From: Catajapyx aquilonaris | Lineage: Eukaryota | Length of the DNA: 34,552 nt | Direction of reading: 5' to 3' | Assembly (NCBI GenBank): GCA_000934665.2 | Contig: JYFJ02004148.1 | Location: 1-34,552, forward strand | Shown here: in pieces, positions 22,440-34,211 of the stretch | Layout: each line of letters opens with the position of its first letter | Numbering within the stretch: the first letter of the stretch is position 1 | Program-made: the position numbers and the translations under genes | Notes under the pieces: generated by a model | The model's input: only the letters and a program-made list of their open reading frames with translations | The model's database searches: none | What the model was told of the DNA's origin: nothing

Positions 22440-22659
22440 TATATAGTTTCGCAAGTGACCAGGACCTAAAGCTTATTCTTGTGCTCAATCAATGGCATTG
22501 GGGGCATGCATGATCAACAACTTGTATTTCACAGTCATACACACACTATACCCAGTATACTGCCCAAGACAGCACAGAAAATGGAGCCAAATTCAGAAAA
22601 ATCAACTTGAGTAATTTCGCCTTAGAACACCTCCAGAAACCTACATCTAAGGGGAATAG

Positions 22660-23210
22660 TGCACACCCTGTACTGTACCATCCTTTACTGTATATGGCTC
22701 ACAAGAGCCTTTCACCATCGCACCTTTGCATGTAATTATGACTAATCAATATAGGATGATCAAAGGAAACTTAGCTCAATTTGTAAGGAAAGCATAATTA
22801 TGTAGAAGTGAGCAACGTTGCTATTCTAGAAAGGAAACTATGGTGGAATGTTGTCTGGGAGAAACATTCACAAAACCACCTAATTATAATCAGCTAGTGG
22901 TGCAAGAACTGTTGCCGAGATAGTATCTAATTTTTGCATGGGAAGAAGAATCACTGTTGATATTGGATGTGACAATCCCATTTGAAAACCATCCATAGGC
23001 ATTGGCTGCTGACAAGAAGGCTGAAGGAGGTGAAATATGCAGCCATTGCTGAGCATTTCTGGCTGAAGTTCTGATGGTTGATTGGGGCTTTGGGGACCTA
23101 CAATAGCCTACACAATGTTTTGAAAAACTGTTGAAAGTCTTACATGAAACAGTTCAAGAAGCACTGTCTGAGTGGACTTTACATAAGTTGCAGGATGATG
23201 CCCACATTAA
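22660..23210 (+). mobile_element. Decayed restriction-like endonuclease (RLE) domain of a NeSL/Utopia/R2-group non-LTR retrotransposon
   Basis: Frameshifted motifs in order: KHN (~22790, RHN-like), EEESLLILDVTIPFEN (22942-22989), VKYAAIAEHF, IGALGTY, KSYMKQFKKHC. Confidence 0.65.
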
Positions 23211-23594
23211 CCTATTACCGTCTATTACAATAATCAAAATGCCTGCGGCTTTGACCAATTATTCATTGTTCGTAAAATGTAAACTGGGCGAATAGGGACA
23301 AAAAGTTATTTTAGATGATTGGTATTTAACATTTTTAATGATATCAAAGTAGAGTTTTTGCAAGAGTGAAGGGATGTTCCTCACTGAGTTTCTAGAAACA
23401 TACTGTTAATTTGTTTTAAAAATTATTTATGTGCAGATTGGCATGATAAGAATCAGCTGTTTTATTTTTCAATCATTTTTTATAGCCTACAAACTTTTTA
23501 TTGATTCAATCAGTTGGTTAAGCTGATAGCTTTGGTGAATACACACAGTGGAATTCACTGGTGTTTGGTGAGTAATTTGAGATCTACAGTATAA

Positions 23595-23773
23595 AGGTGC
23601 ATTTACATGTGAGCCATTTGATCGCGCGATGTCATCACCGAGCAATGAATCCAATTGTTTGGAGCGAAAGTAACAATCACGGTAACAATAGTAACTCGTG
23701 TTACTCAGCGATGTTATCAGTCAGCGATGACATCGCGCGATCAGATAGCTTAGGCCTACATGTAAACGCACCT
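23595..23773. mobile_element. Harbinger-like MITE
   Basis: TAA-AGGTGCATTTACATGT ... ACATGTAAACGCACCT-TAA; inner arms TGATCGCGCGATGTCATC / GATGACATCGCGCGATCA. Confidence 0.8.
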
Positions 23774-23776
23774 TAA

Positions 23777-24166
23777 GGGTGGGATAAAGATCCCGGCGCT
23801 TATGGAGGTTGACATGTTAAATGTCGGGGCTAATAACTCCGTAATTACTAAACAGAATGACATGATATTTTTTACACAACACGACACAACAACCCTTGTC
23901 ACGGCTATGTTGAGCGAAACCTGTTTTAGGGATTCAGTTAATTATGAAAACCACGAAACTGAGAGGAATTTGAAGGCATGTGAGGAAATAATGTCCTGTG
24001 AAGAATAAGGACCAAATGAGCAAAATCGCTCAACATAGCCGTGACAAGGGTTGTTGTGTCGTGTTGCGTAAAAAATTTCATGTCATTCTGTTCAGTAATT
24101 ACGGAGTCATTAGCCCCGACATTTAACATGTCAACCTTCATAAGCGCTGGGATCTTTATCCCACCC
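23777..24166. mobile_element. TTAA-specific MITE (Kolobok-like termini)
   Basis: TTAA-GGGTGGGATAAAGATCCC ... GGGATCTTTATCCCACCC-TTAA; about 140-bp near-identical arms. The 5'-GG end fits Kolobok better than piggyBac (5'-CCY). Confidence 0.85.
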
Positions 24167-24191
24167 TTAAACTGAAAATTGCTGAATTGCT

Positions 24192-24535
24192 AGGCCTAGG
24201 AAGACATGGTTGGACCAGGTGGGTCAGTGTCTTAAGGGTGTTGCTAGTGTTAAGCCGAGACGTTCTTGTGTCAATAGGACCATGGACGTGGCTGAGGCTA
24301 GGGTTGTTTGTTTGGATAGGTGTAAATGGCGTAGGTTAATTAATGGGTAAATAGGTAAATATGTCTGAGGATAAGGTGATGTCTGAGGTGGGCAGGGGTG
24401 GGGGGTGGGTCAGGTTGTTTTTAGGTTTATTCTCATGAGTTTTATTAGTTCATATGTTGGGTTAGCTTGCGTCTCCCTTCATCGCTGACTACCCCTCATA
24501 GGGAAATGTCGTGATGATGATGTTGTTGTTGTTGC
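24192..24535 (+). mobile_element. 5'-truncated RTE-clade LINE (ORF C-terminus, 3' UTR, microsatellite tail)
   Basis: 24192-24350 reads RPRKTWLDQVGQCLK...RRSCVNRTMDVAEARVVCLDRCKWRRLING*, a typical RTE ORF end (RP..W...DR..WR); (GAT)n(GTT)n tail. Confidence 0.8.
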
Positions 24536-24706
24536 TAAGCATTGCTGTTATGATTATTTATTGAAATTAAGTAAATTTTGCATTGCATAGTCTAATATTT
24601 AAATTTAATATTCAGTGTCTGTCGTCTGAGATGGGCAGGGGTGGGGGGTGCATGTGGGACGGGTTGTTTATAGTTTTATTTTCATCAGTTTTAATTTAGT
24701 TCATAT

Positions 24707-26349
24707 GAGCAATTCCACGTAAAAGTAAACATCTGGGACAAAAATTGAAAATGACTTGTTGGCAATGTGTGATACGTCGTTGGAATCAGAAAGAACCCAA
24801 ATTTCGGCTTCTGAAATATATTTTGACATGGAACCTGAACTGGTAAAAGAAATTGCATCTGAATGTGTTACATTGTGAATGCGAAGTTGTGCATGAAATC
24901 ACATGAACTTTGACAGGCTTAAATGGGAACTTAAAATAAAAATTAATCCACTTTTCTTTGCACGGGGCTCAAGTCGAGGATGAAATGACCGCGTTCCTTG
25001 GTGGAGAAGGACAGTCATTCAACATAAATGGTTGATCTTGGCATCAAAAGTGGACTCCGCGCGGTGTGTGGGGTGTAACGAAATAGATAAAAAAGTTTAT
25101 GACAATGAGTGGGTTTTAGGGCAGTGGTGCTAGTTTTCAATATTCATTGACTAGACACCGTGAGCAATGTCTCATGTGAATTGGAAGTCATAGAATGCCA
25201 CCAATTTCTGGCAGCATTGATAAGGAAGTTGTTATGGGGTGTAACGTTACACCCCTCACGTGGCACGGGTATGGGGTGCAACATATGCTCTATTCCCGTT
25301 TAAATGAAGTAGAGTCGTACATATTGGCACATTATGCTGAAAATTGTCTGATTATCTATACAGTCATATGATACAGGCCTACTGTACGCATGGGTGAGGG
25401 AATTCCCCACTCAACACCTTTTACCAATCACCATCCTCTTGCATGACATGACACATCATTCCACCTTCCTCTTACCCACTCCACTATGCGCGCGCGCACC
25501 CACACACACACACATACACCCAGCCTTGTCTTCACTAAGGCGTGGGGACGGACATTGACCGCTTTTGTAAGCGAGTGTAACCTAACCTAACCTAACCTAA
25601 CCTAACCAATCCTACCTAACCTACCCTACCCTAACGAACCTAGACTGAGAGATATGGACTTTTGTGAAACCCTACAACTGAAAATAGTGGGGACATGTCC
25701 CCACTAATTTACACATGTCCCCACTCTAATAGTACACAGTGTGTCAAAAACACTGTGGGGACCCAAGCGTCAGCGTCACCGCCACAAGTGATGGCCGTTG
25801 GCAACATGCGGCGGGGATGGTAGACTTTTTGTGCATTTCAATGTATTGTATATAGATGAATAAACTTGTTCTAGATGTTGAAGTGTACTCGTACGTGGTA
25901 TTTTGTGCGGTTCTCCATTTCCAAATTCGCACGTTATGGGGTGTAACGTTTTTCATGTTTGGGGTGTAACGACTTCGGATGACAGTTACGTAATGGCCAT
26001 TGGTCATAAGAGTAAAATATAGTCATAGAAAGTTAGCCCGAAGCCTATTTGACACGTCTATGAAAATCACAGCTCATTTTACTCACACCAATCACAGGAA
26101 TTGAAATGAACTCACAGGTCACTTTTCCTGCTGTACATTTCGCGTTATGGGGTGTAACGGAAGTTTACAGGGCTACAAAACCTTAACAAATTTTTATATT
26201 TCATTGAACCTTCACAACTCGACAGCTGCACTTGTCTACTAAATGCCCTGTGAAAGTCATGACTTGAAACCCCCGTTTTCCCATTTAAATCTTGCGTCAA
26301 AGTTCAAAAATTGTGTGCGATGTGTGGGGTGTAACATATGGAATTGCTC
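24707..26349. mobile_element. Sola-like non-autonomous DNA transposon
   Basis: ATAT-GAGCAATTCCA ... TGGAATTGCTC-ATAT; the empty site TTCATATGTTG is visible in the paralogous copy at ~24449. About seven TGGGGTGTAAC motifs inside. Confidence 0.8.
25578..25642. repeat. Interstitial (TTAGG)n/(TAACC)n arthropod telomere-type repeat
   Basis: Six perfect TAACC units (25578-25607), then degenerate units. Confidence 0.85.
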
Positions 26350-26599
26350 ATATGTTGAGTTAGTGTGCGTCTGTGCGTCTCCCTTCATCGCTGACTACCC
26401 CTCATAGGGAAATGTCATGATGGTGATGATGATGATGTAAATTTTGAATTGGGAAAAGCTACTTTATTGCTTTAGGTCAATTATTTTAGGCTACACCTGC
26501 AGCCTACAACTATGGGACGTGGGACATTTTTATAGCGTAATTTTGAATATAGCTACCAAAGCCCAAAGGTACCAGTAATTTGCAATAATTTTTGGTTTA

Positions 26600-26816
26600 T
26601 TCGTTTCTATGCTGCCCTACCAGTCTCCAAACAACTGGCCTCACCTACAGCCATGATTTATACCGGCACTGAAGATATGTATTACCGTATATTACAGAGG
26701 TTTGGGACAATGACATTATCATCCCTGAAGATTAGTGTCTGCAAAGCTGCTAACATTCATGCCTGACCACATGAAAACAGTCATTTCTGCCAACGGGGAT
26801 GCAATGCGGTTTTGAA
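26600..26816 (+). mobile_element. Decayed Tc1 transposase C-terminus
   Basis: LPYQSPN (cf. WP.QSPDL) and MPDHMKTVISANGDAMRF* (cf. MP.R..AVI.A.G..T.Y*). Confidence 0.4.
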
Positions 26817-27336
26817 CAGACCTGGGTGAACACTTTAGATGTGGATCACATGGGGGATCATGGATGGTATACTTTTGAAGCAAGCTACCATAATTCATGT
26901 CCTTATCTCCATTGACAAAGATTCAAATAAAATAATTGGTAATCTTATCTTCCACTCAAATATTTTTCTCTTTTTCCATCTATAATATTAAAATGCTTCG
27001 TTGCATGACAGAGCCCTCTCATTGGCCCGGCTGCATATTGTTGTTACCGCACACCTTGCCGCACACCTCCTATTGGCCACCATTCATTGTTCCCTGAAAG
27101 TATTGTTACGATGATGTCTCCAATTGGCCCCTGTTCCGAGCATGTGCAATGGGTGGAAGAATGCCACAGTCGCTTGCTGGACGTCAGCAAGGACATATCT
27201 CCTCTCCTGTGAACACCCCTCTACCCTTCCACCCTCCTGCACTCACGTTGTGACGGTGACCTCACAACAGGGAAGGGGGAGAGGAGGGGGGAATGGAACC
27301 TTATGGAACATCGTAAACAAACCGAATATAGGCTAC

Positions 27337-27569
27337 GCTTTATAATTGATATTAGGGAGGTTGGCCCGGCATTGCCTCTTCAACGTCCAAGGATAAGGAA
27401 GGAAGGAAGCGGCCGTGGCCTATTATACGGAAGCGACCCCGGAATTATCCTAGGAAGACCGTGGAAAATCACAGAAAACCACGGTCAGGATCGTTGGCCC
27501 CGGGATTCGAACCCAGGACCTCCCGATTAGCAGTTGGACACCTTAACCACCATGCCAGCCTGCTTCGGT
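27337..27569 (-). mobile_element. tRNA-derived SINE
   Basis: Minus strand: A box TGGCATGGTGG, B box GGTTCGAATCC, body GTGGTTTTCTGTGATTTTCC...AGGCCACGGCCGCTTCC; TSD GAA(T/C)ATAGGCTAC at 27324 and 27570. Confidence 0.85.
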
Positions 27570-28725
27570 GAACATAGGCTACAGTTGGGATGTTGTTTAT
27601 CAATGGTGCCAACTCCATGGACGTTTAATAAACAAAGTAAAATAGTTTCAGTTTTTAAAACAAGGTCCTTCCTGTCACCCCTGCGGGGAGAGTTGGTAAG
27701 CAGGACTGGCCATGATATTCAACCAGAACCCAGGGATAGGTCGAGAACATCAAAAGAAAGTGTAGGGAAGAATGAAAGCAGTTTTTGATCATCTAATACA
27801 AACACTGCTGAGTTCCATGGACGTTTATAATAAAGGGGAGTTATGAGCAGTTAGAAAGATGTGGTTGGAAAGTGTGCATATAATTTAGATACATGTGTGC
27901 GAGTATAGAGGCGGTAGAGGTTGTGAATTTCCGTTCATACAATAATTTGGGGTTTTTTAAATTCCAAAGGTATGGACATATTGAGGTTGGCAAATGCATA
28001 TTTCCCAGCCAATGCAAAGGGATTTCAGATGGTTTGCAAGGTAGTATGTAATTATGGATATCAGTACAGAATCACGGACGGAGGAACGGTTGTGGGTGGG
28101 GAGTACAGTACACACATGATTGGGGGATGGCCATCATCACTGGCTGTAAGTCGGAAGTGATTTAAAATGCGGTGTCCACTGCAGGCTTACAAAAACATGA
28201 GCGGATCTTTAAAATTTTAATGTTTTTATTTAATATGTAAGTTAATATTTTCAAACCTAGAAAACTGAAACTGCAGATAACAGTGTCTCACTGCATTAAT
28301 CAAGTAAATTTAATTAAACCTACAATGTCCTCTAGAGACAGGTTTCACTGTAATAAGATTAATCCTTAGTCATAATGTGAAGATCATATTTTATTGTATG
28401 CATTGTAATGTGATGTAGGCACTAAGTCACGTGCAACCCTTGTAATTAGCCACAGACTGTTGGAAAATAGGTGGCGGGGCTTCATTACCCACCACTGTAC
28501 TACAGTACCACCTCTCAGAAGAAATGGTGGTGTCCACTTGGCATATGTTTCACAGGAAAAATATAGGCAAAACCCTACCCCATTTTACTGGCATGCAACA
28601 ACTTGTTGGGTAATATGGGTTTGAATATGACTGCACATGCTGAATTGCAATTGGAGAACTGATTTCAGGAATAGGATGGGGAAGATCTATCTTCAGGCTG
28701 TGGGAATGGGAGATTGGGGAAGTAG

Positions 28726-28741
28726 GAGAGAGGGAGAGGGA

Positions 28742-28788
<47 letters not shown>
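28726..28788. repeat. (GAGAGG)n/(GA)n microsatellite
   Basis: Directly visible. Confidence 0.95.
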
Positions 28789-28791
<3 letters not shown>

Positions 28792-28974
28792 CAACAGTCA
28801 CAGCTGGTCACAACTCACATCTCATGAGGGGGAAATGAATAAGTTACAATAGTGTCATTTTCCAGCAACAAACAGCAACACTCTTCCAACAGTTTTGGAA
28901 CTGTTTTGGCCATCCAGTCCTGTAAATGCAACAAAAATGAAAGGCGGTAATGCATTTAATAATTGTGTTTAATT

Positions 28975-29228
28975 GAAGCATCCAGAAGCAAAAGTGATTA
29001 AGTCATTTTGACAAACTTTTCAGGACAGGCCTTAAGTAGTACTTAGCAACTTCTGCTTCGGAAGTTCGACTATGTCATGGATGATATGATGTGGAGAACA
29101 CTGACATGCGTTCCTTTGCCGCGCGAAATATTTTTCCGTGAAATAGTACCATACAATAGGACCACAAAAAAGCCAGAAACGCAATTTGCAGAAAAACTGA
29201 CTTAATCACTTCTGCTTCTGGGTGCTTC
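28975..29228. mobile_element. Small Sola-like MITE
   Basis: AATT-GAAGCATCCAGAAGCAAAAGTGATTAAGTCA ... TGACTTAATCACTTCTGCTTCTGGGTGCTTC-AATT. Confidence 0.75.
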
Positions 29229-29436
29229 AATTGCACAATATGAGCTTATTACAAGGTTTTCCAAGTGGCACTGCCACTCAACATTTAGAATAAGGTAGCT
29301 CACGAAATAAGTGGTAAGGCATTCAATTTCTTTAAAAAATCACTCTAAGCATCAAATACACTTATTTGAAGTAATTTCACAGCCATTGTTGATTATACAC
29401 AATATGTATTATGGCAATTTACAGTGCCCTAGTATA

Positions 29437-29987
29437 AAGTGAGTTTCTGAATTCAACTGACAAACTTGTATGGGTAATAGAGGGGACCAAGACAAACATA
29501 TTTGACATAGGAAACCGTGACCGGAAACACCATCTGGAGGGGGTTCATAGACAAGGAACGGGTGCGACAAGGAACAAGTGAGCTCCGATGCGTCAGGCGG
29601 GCGTCGTTAGCGAGCGGACCGTTTAGTTGCTAGGTGGTGTGCGGATTGTACACAACTTGGTACACAACTTCGCAATTACCTGGCAACAACAGAGGTGTTG
29701 CTTATTATCTGCGCCCTACCTAGCACGCTGACTTTAGTGTTGCTAGGTGGCTTGGTTTTTGCCAGGTTATGGGGAAGTGCGAAGTTGTGTACAATCCGCG
29801 CGCCACCTAGCAACTAAACGGTCCGCTCGCTAACACCGCCAGCCTGACGCATCTGAGTGCACCCGTTCTTTGTCTGTGAACCCCCTCTAGATGGCGTTTC
29901 TGGACACGGTTTCCTATGTCAAATGTGTTTGTCTTTGTCCCCTCTATTACCCCTACAAGTTTGTTGGTTGAATTCAGAAACTCCCTG
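29437..29987. mobile_element. Tc1-like foldback MITE
   Basis: TA-AAGTGAGTTTCTGAATTCAAC ... GTTGAATTCAGAAACTCCCTG-TA; arms about 210-230 bp. Confidence 0.85.
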
Positions 29988-30448
29988 TATAATTCATGCA
30001 ATACATTTTGATTCAGTTATTCACCACTGAATTCAATTAAATGATGGGTCACATATCATAAACTTCAATTTCATTTCCCTGAATTTCTGTACTTCAACAT
30101 TATGGACACAATTGCTTTCTGTTCTCTGTGTGAGATTAACTTGCAATTGCTTACCATTTGTAACTTATTGATGCTCACCACTGCCTGCGTTTTCAATAGT
30201 ATCATGTAAAAAAGGACACATTCCATTATTGGTTTCACCATGTCATGTGAAACTTTTATATTATGGCATGGAAAAACCAATTCTGGATCATGCCTTCCAC
30301 CAATAAGAACAAGAAATCTGGGGCTGGATTCATCAACCTACACGATTAATCAAGATATTATGGGCATTCTTACACAGAGATACAATTTTTTTTGGGTGGT
30401 AGCCTTAATACCTCATAACCCTGCAACATGTCGAATTCATCAAGATTT

Positions 30449-30790
30449 GGGGAGGCGGAGTGGCGCTGTGGTAAACGCACATGCCCACGAATGTAAGGGT
30501 CCCGAGCATCTTCATCTCGTGCCGAGTTGGGTCGTCTCTGGCTTCGTCTCGGGTGGGACTCCTGAGACTAACGACTTGGAGGAGTTCACAAAATGTACCA
30601 CGTTATAGACATTGCACTGCACATTTCACATCCCCTCCCACCAAGCGCTAATAACTTTATGCTCCCACTCATTTCCCCCTTGCTCGCAGTACCGGGGCAT
30701 TATGGGAAAGGACCACTTGTAAGCTTGTACATCTGAAGCATAATAAAGGTACCGTGCCAGATGCCCTTCCATGGGCGGTGCAGTAACCGA

Positions 30791-30828
<38 letters not shown>
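30449..30828 (+). mobile_element. SINE with a tRNA-like head
   Basis: GGGGAGGCGGAGTGGCGCTGTGGTAA (A box), (ATT)n tail, 13-bp TSD TTCATCAAGATTT at 30436 and 30829. B box is poor. Confidence 0.8.
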
Positions 30829-30829
<1 letters not shown>

Positions 30830-31365
30830 TCATCAAGATTTTTATCATAAGTAGTATTGAGCATAAGTAGGTCATAACTTCTCGCCTTTCCCCCACGCAG
30901 CCTCCATCCCTCTCCCCTTCTTCCCCTCTAGCTCTCTGAAATGACATGGTGGAGCCTGATAGTCTGACGCATGGGGCCTCACAAAATACGGTTGCAGGCA
31001 GTATGGCCGACCATCTGAACGGAGATGACACATTTACAAATACTTACAACACCTCATGAGGTGGGTATCTCTCATGAGATTTTTAAATATCTCATATCAG
31101 CTATGAACCTTGGTGATTGGGATAAGTTGCACCACTTGGGGTTGTAGTGAGTTTGGAACTGTTACAACAAAAACCTCACGACCTTTACTGAATCCAGCCA
31201 CTGCTGCATAGAAATTGTTGTTTAACCCACCAACATACCATATGTAATCGTACAATTCTACTGGGTGATCTAAACAATACCAAACATTCATACCGTCATG
31301 TATTGGAAATGAAAGCATATTTGGGATTTAAACTATTACAAAAACTAAGGTTCCCCTTCACTGTA

Positions 31366-31527
31366 CAGTGTTGGACATTAATTGTGTCATACTGCTAGCG
31401 ACATTTTCTGAAGCGGCAGAAGAATGAATCTTGCTCGCACGGCTTGCACTATCCATAGCTTTGATTGGTTTTTCTGCTGCTTCGGAAAATGTCGTTAGCA
31501 TTATAACGCAATTAAACTCCAACACTG
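31366..31527. mobile_element. Short TA-flanked hairpin MITE
   Basis: TA-CAGTGTTGGA..TTAATTG..GCTAGCGACATTTTC.GAAGC ... GCTTCGGAAAATGTCGTTAGC..CAATTAA..TCCAACACTG-TA. Confidence 0.8.
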
Positions 31528-32463
31528 TACATCACTCCATGTGCTACTCTTCAGCATAACAAAATCTCAGGTCGTGACCTTCACTTACACCTATTCTCTA
31601 TTTGAGCACTTGATCTGGATTAGCTGTGCCGGATCCTGCAACATGAGTGGTACTGATGCAGAATGGTGCCTGGGTTGAATTTGCAGAGTCAACTAACTTT
31701 CCCCTCCTTCTCCATACTCAAGTAGAATCCATCATAATTTATGATGTTGCCAGATGGAGATTATGCATTTCATGGTGCATTTCTGCTTGGAATATACTGT
31801 TATTTTATTGATTCTACCATTAATAACACACCCAAAAACATCATTTTCGATGTACCATGGAAGATGAAACCTGGCTCCAAGTATCTCACCACACAAGAGA
31901 CGCACAGATGATAGCAATAAAAATGCTGATAATAATAATCTCAGAAACTGTCCCATCAGCTGAATCAATAGGCCTTTTTGTTTATTGGCCAGTGTAGCAC
32001 TGCATTTATTTATTCCAGTGCAAGTTCTTGTGCACTCTCTAATAGGAGACTGGAAGGCTGTGACGTAAGTACACTACCCTTACACTACACCAACTGACAA
32101 ACAAGTATACCTAATGATAACAGTTTCTGAGGATCAAATGAATTCCAAGAATCCATGTCCATCCCATGGTCACCTTAATTTGCCCCTCCTGTTTGCCATT
32201 TGCGAGGTCAACCCAAGTAATTTTGTCCAGCTGTTCCCAATCTACATGTGACTCCGTGAGTTGAGTATTGAGTAGATCACCGTGTACATGGTCAAGATTA
32301 ATACAAAACTTTGATGCTAGCCCAGCAAAGTTATTCATACCCAATTAAATCTTACGATGTCACTCTTCAGACATATAGAGCTAAGTGTTACATTTTGAAA
32401 AGCCTACAGAACTGCAAATGTAGAAAATGCTTTGGCACTATCCTACATTGCACAAATCATGTA

Positions 32464-33441
32464 GGGTAAAGCAGGGCAAGTGCGGACAGATTTTGATTAG
32501 GTGCAGTTTAAAGGCATGCTACTTCCTTAGTAATTAGCAAGTGAAAAAAAAGTAATGGGCAATATACCTTACCTTATTGGCTTTCAAAGTGGCCTATTGC
32601 ATAATATTCTCTATTTGGGTGCTCCGAAAAATAATTAAAATATGTACGTGGAGCACAGTGCCACACTTGCCACGCGATATGGGGCAAGTGCGACTTTGGA
32701 ATTCTCTCACAGTAATAAACATTGTTCGAGTTGCATATGACCAGTGCCACAAAAACACAAACTTCCTGTGTCAGTCGGTATATTCTGAATAAAAACATAC
32801 CAACTAGTTCTTACAGGACGAACTTTTATTCACTGTTCCGCAACAGGTTGGCTAACAGTACTGGCATTATCTGATTAAAATGCATCATGTCGAAATGTTT
32901 TCACACCAGTGTTCAAAATTAGCCTGGCACCAGTCGCAGAATATCCATTGGTGACCACAAAAAGATGTCTCATTGCCTCTTTTGGCGACCACCAGCTTTA
33001 TTCCTCCAACATTGCATTTCGATCCACATACGCGTATTAATTGGGTACGCACTTGCCCCTGACAATGTTTAGTTAGGGGCAAGTGCATCACCCTTTTAAA
33101 AAACCAGCCTGATTATGCCACCAAAATGGAACAATAACAGCGTGATAGTACACCTGAACCTCTTACGTACAGTGCTGGAGCGGTTACACAGCATGAGGTA
33201 CAAGGCTTGTCAGAAATTCTGCAAAAGATACTTACATACTCACCGGAAAAGTTAAAACCGCACCTTGACATCGGCAACCATTTTTTGACTATGTTACAAA
33301 AGAAAGATTATCTACGTTTAGAAGAGTGGACAAAGGTTGTTGGGAACGTTTACTTGATTTTCGATAACTCCTGCCACCTTGTGCCATATATTAGAAGCAA
33401 TGCCTCACTTGCCCCATTTACGCACTTACCCCGCTTTACCC
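32464..33441. mobile_element. Non-autonomous Tc1/mariner-superfamily element (Fot1/pogo-like) in the Hrs 3' region
   Basis: TA-GGGTAAAGCAGGGCAAGTGCG ... CGCACTTACCCCGCTTTACCC-TA. Internal GGGGCAAGTGC copies at ~32681 and 33076, and inverted at ~33050 and 33406. PHD-like remnant WIFCDWCQ.NFEHWC on the minus strand. Confidence 0.8.
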
Positions 33442-33464
33442 TATTGTGCCATGCTGACAAGCTA

Positions 33465-33682
33465 TTAATCAAAACTGATCAGTTCCGCTGTTTTCTGTTC
33501 TTCTCGGGCTGGTGCAGCAGTTGGGGCTGGAAGAGGTTGTGATCCTGGTGGGGAGAGTACTGAAGTTGATTGCTGGTCAGGCAGAGGAGAGGCATGTGAA
33601 GTTTGTGGAGATGAATGGGGCTGACCTGGAACCTGGGATGGTGGCACTGGGTATCTTGCTTGGCCAGGAGGTCCTGACACAC
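33465..33682 (-). CDS. Hrs: Hrs/HGS (ESCRT-0) terminal coding exon
   Basis: Pro/Gln/Ser-rich peptide ending ...REEQKTAELISFD-TAA. The C-terminal LISFD clathrin box is characteristic of Hrs. Acceptor ttgcag|GT at 33683; an alternative acceptor is possible at 33792. Confidence 0.8.
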
Positions 33683-33701
33683 CTGCAATCACAATGCATA
33701 G

Positions 33702-33757
<56 letters not shown>

Positions 33758-33760
33758 TAC
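33702..33760. repeat. (ATT)n microsatellite next to the Hrs acceptor
   Basis: Directly visible. Confidence 0.95.
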
Positions 33761-34211
33761 TAGTGCACCCGTAGCCAAAATTTGGCAAAACCTGCAATGA
33801 GGAAGACAATGGTAATGAAAAAATTGAATGAGAGGGCTCGCGGAGTGACAACTAAGAAATAGAGTATAGCTGGTCGTAAGACGGGGTTGAGAAATTTAGT
33901 GACATTGACTCAATGGACATACTGTACACGTCCTGAATCGGACGTGAGAGAAGTTTTCATAAAACCTCCCGATATACAACATTGTGTGTAAACACTCTGT
34001 TGTTGGAGAGCAATGTTCCGTGTTGAGCAGTAGGAGTAGTGAACACTTTGACCTGACTTGGGTTGCGAGACCGGGACAGTGCCACATGCAGCTGGCCATG
34101 ATTGGGAGAAGACAGGTTCATCTAGGGAAATGATAACGTGCTGATCTGGCCGTGCGAGTTATTGTTGATCATCATGGCATAGGCTGGGATGACATTATGT
34201 CAATGAACATA

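Larger units (their letters stand above)
24575..26436 (+). mobile_element. Second RTE 3' UTR copy, split by a DNA transposon
   Basis: 24575-24706 joined to 26354-26436 restores ...TTAGTTCATATGTTG.GTTAG...CATCGCTGACTACCCCTCATAGGGAAATGTC(GAT)n. Confidence 0.75.

Noticed and set aside
23802..24141. Near-identical 68-aa and 67-aa ORFs on opposite strands
   Set aside because: They are the two arms of a MITE, not a gene pair.
25065..26340. Repeated TGGGGTGTAAC (and CGTTACGTAC at 102-500) as a CRISPR-like array
   Set aside because: The repeats are only 10-11 bp, irregularly spaced, inside TE-like sequence in a eukaryotic context, with no cas genes.
32111..32344. 77-aa minus-strand ORF downstream of Hrs
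   Set aside because: No recognisable family or splice support; probably 3' UTR or intergenic.
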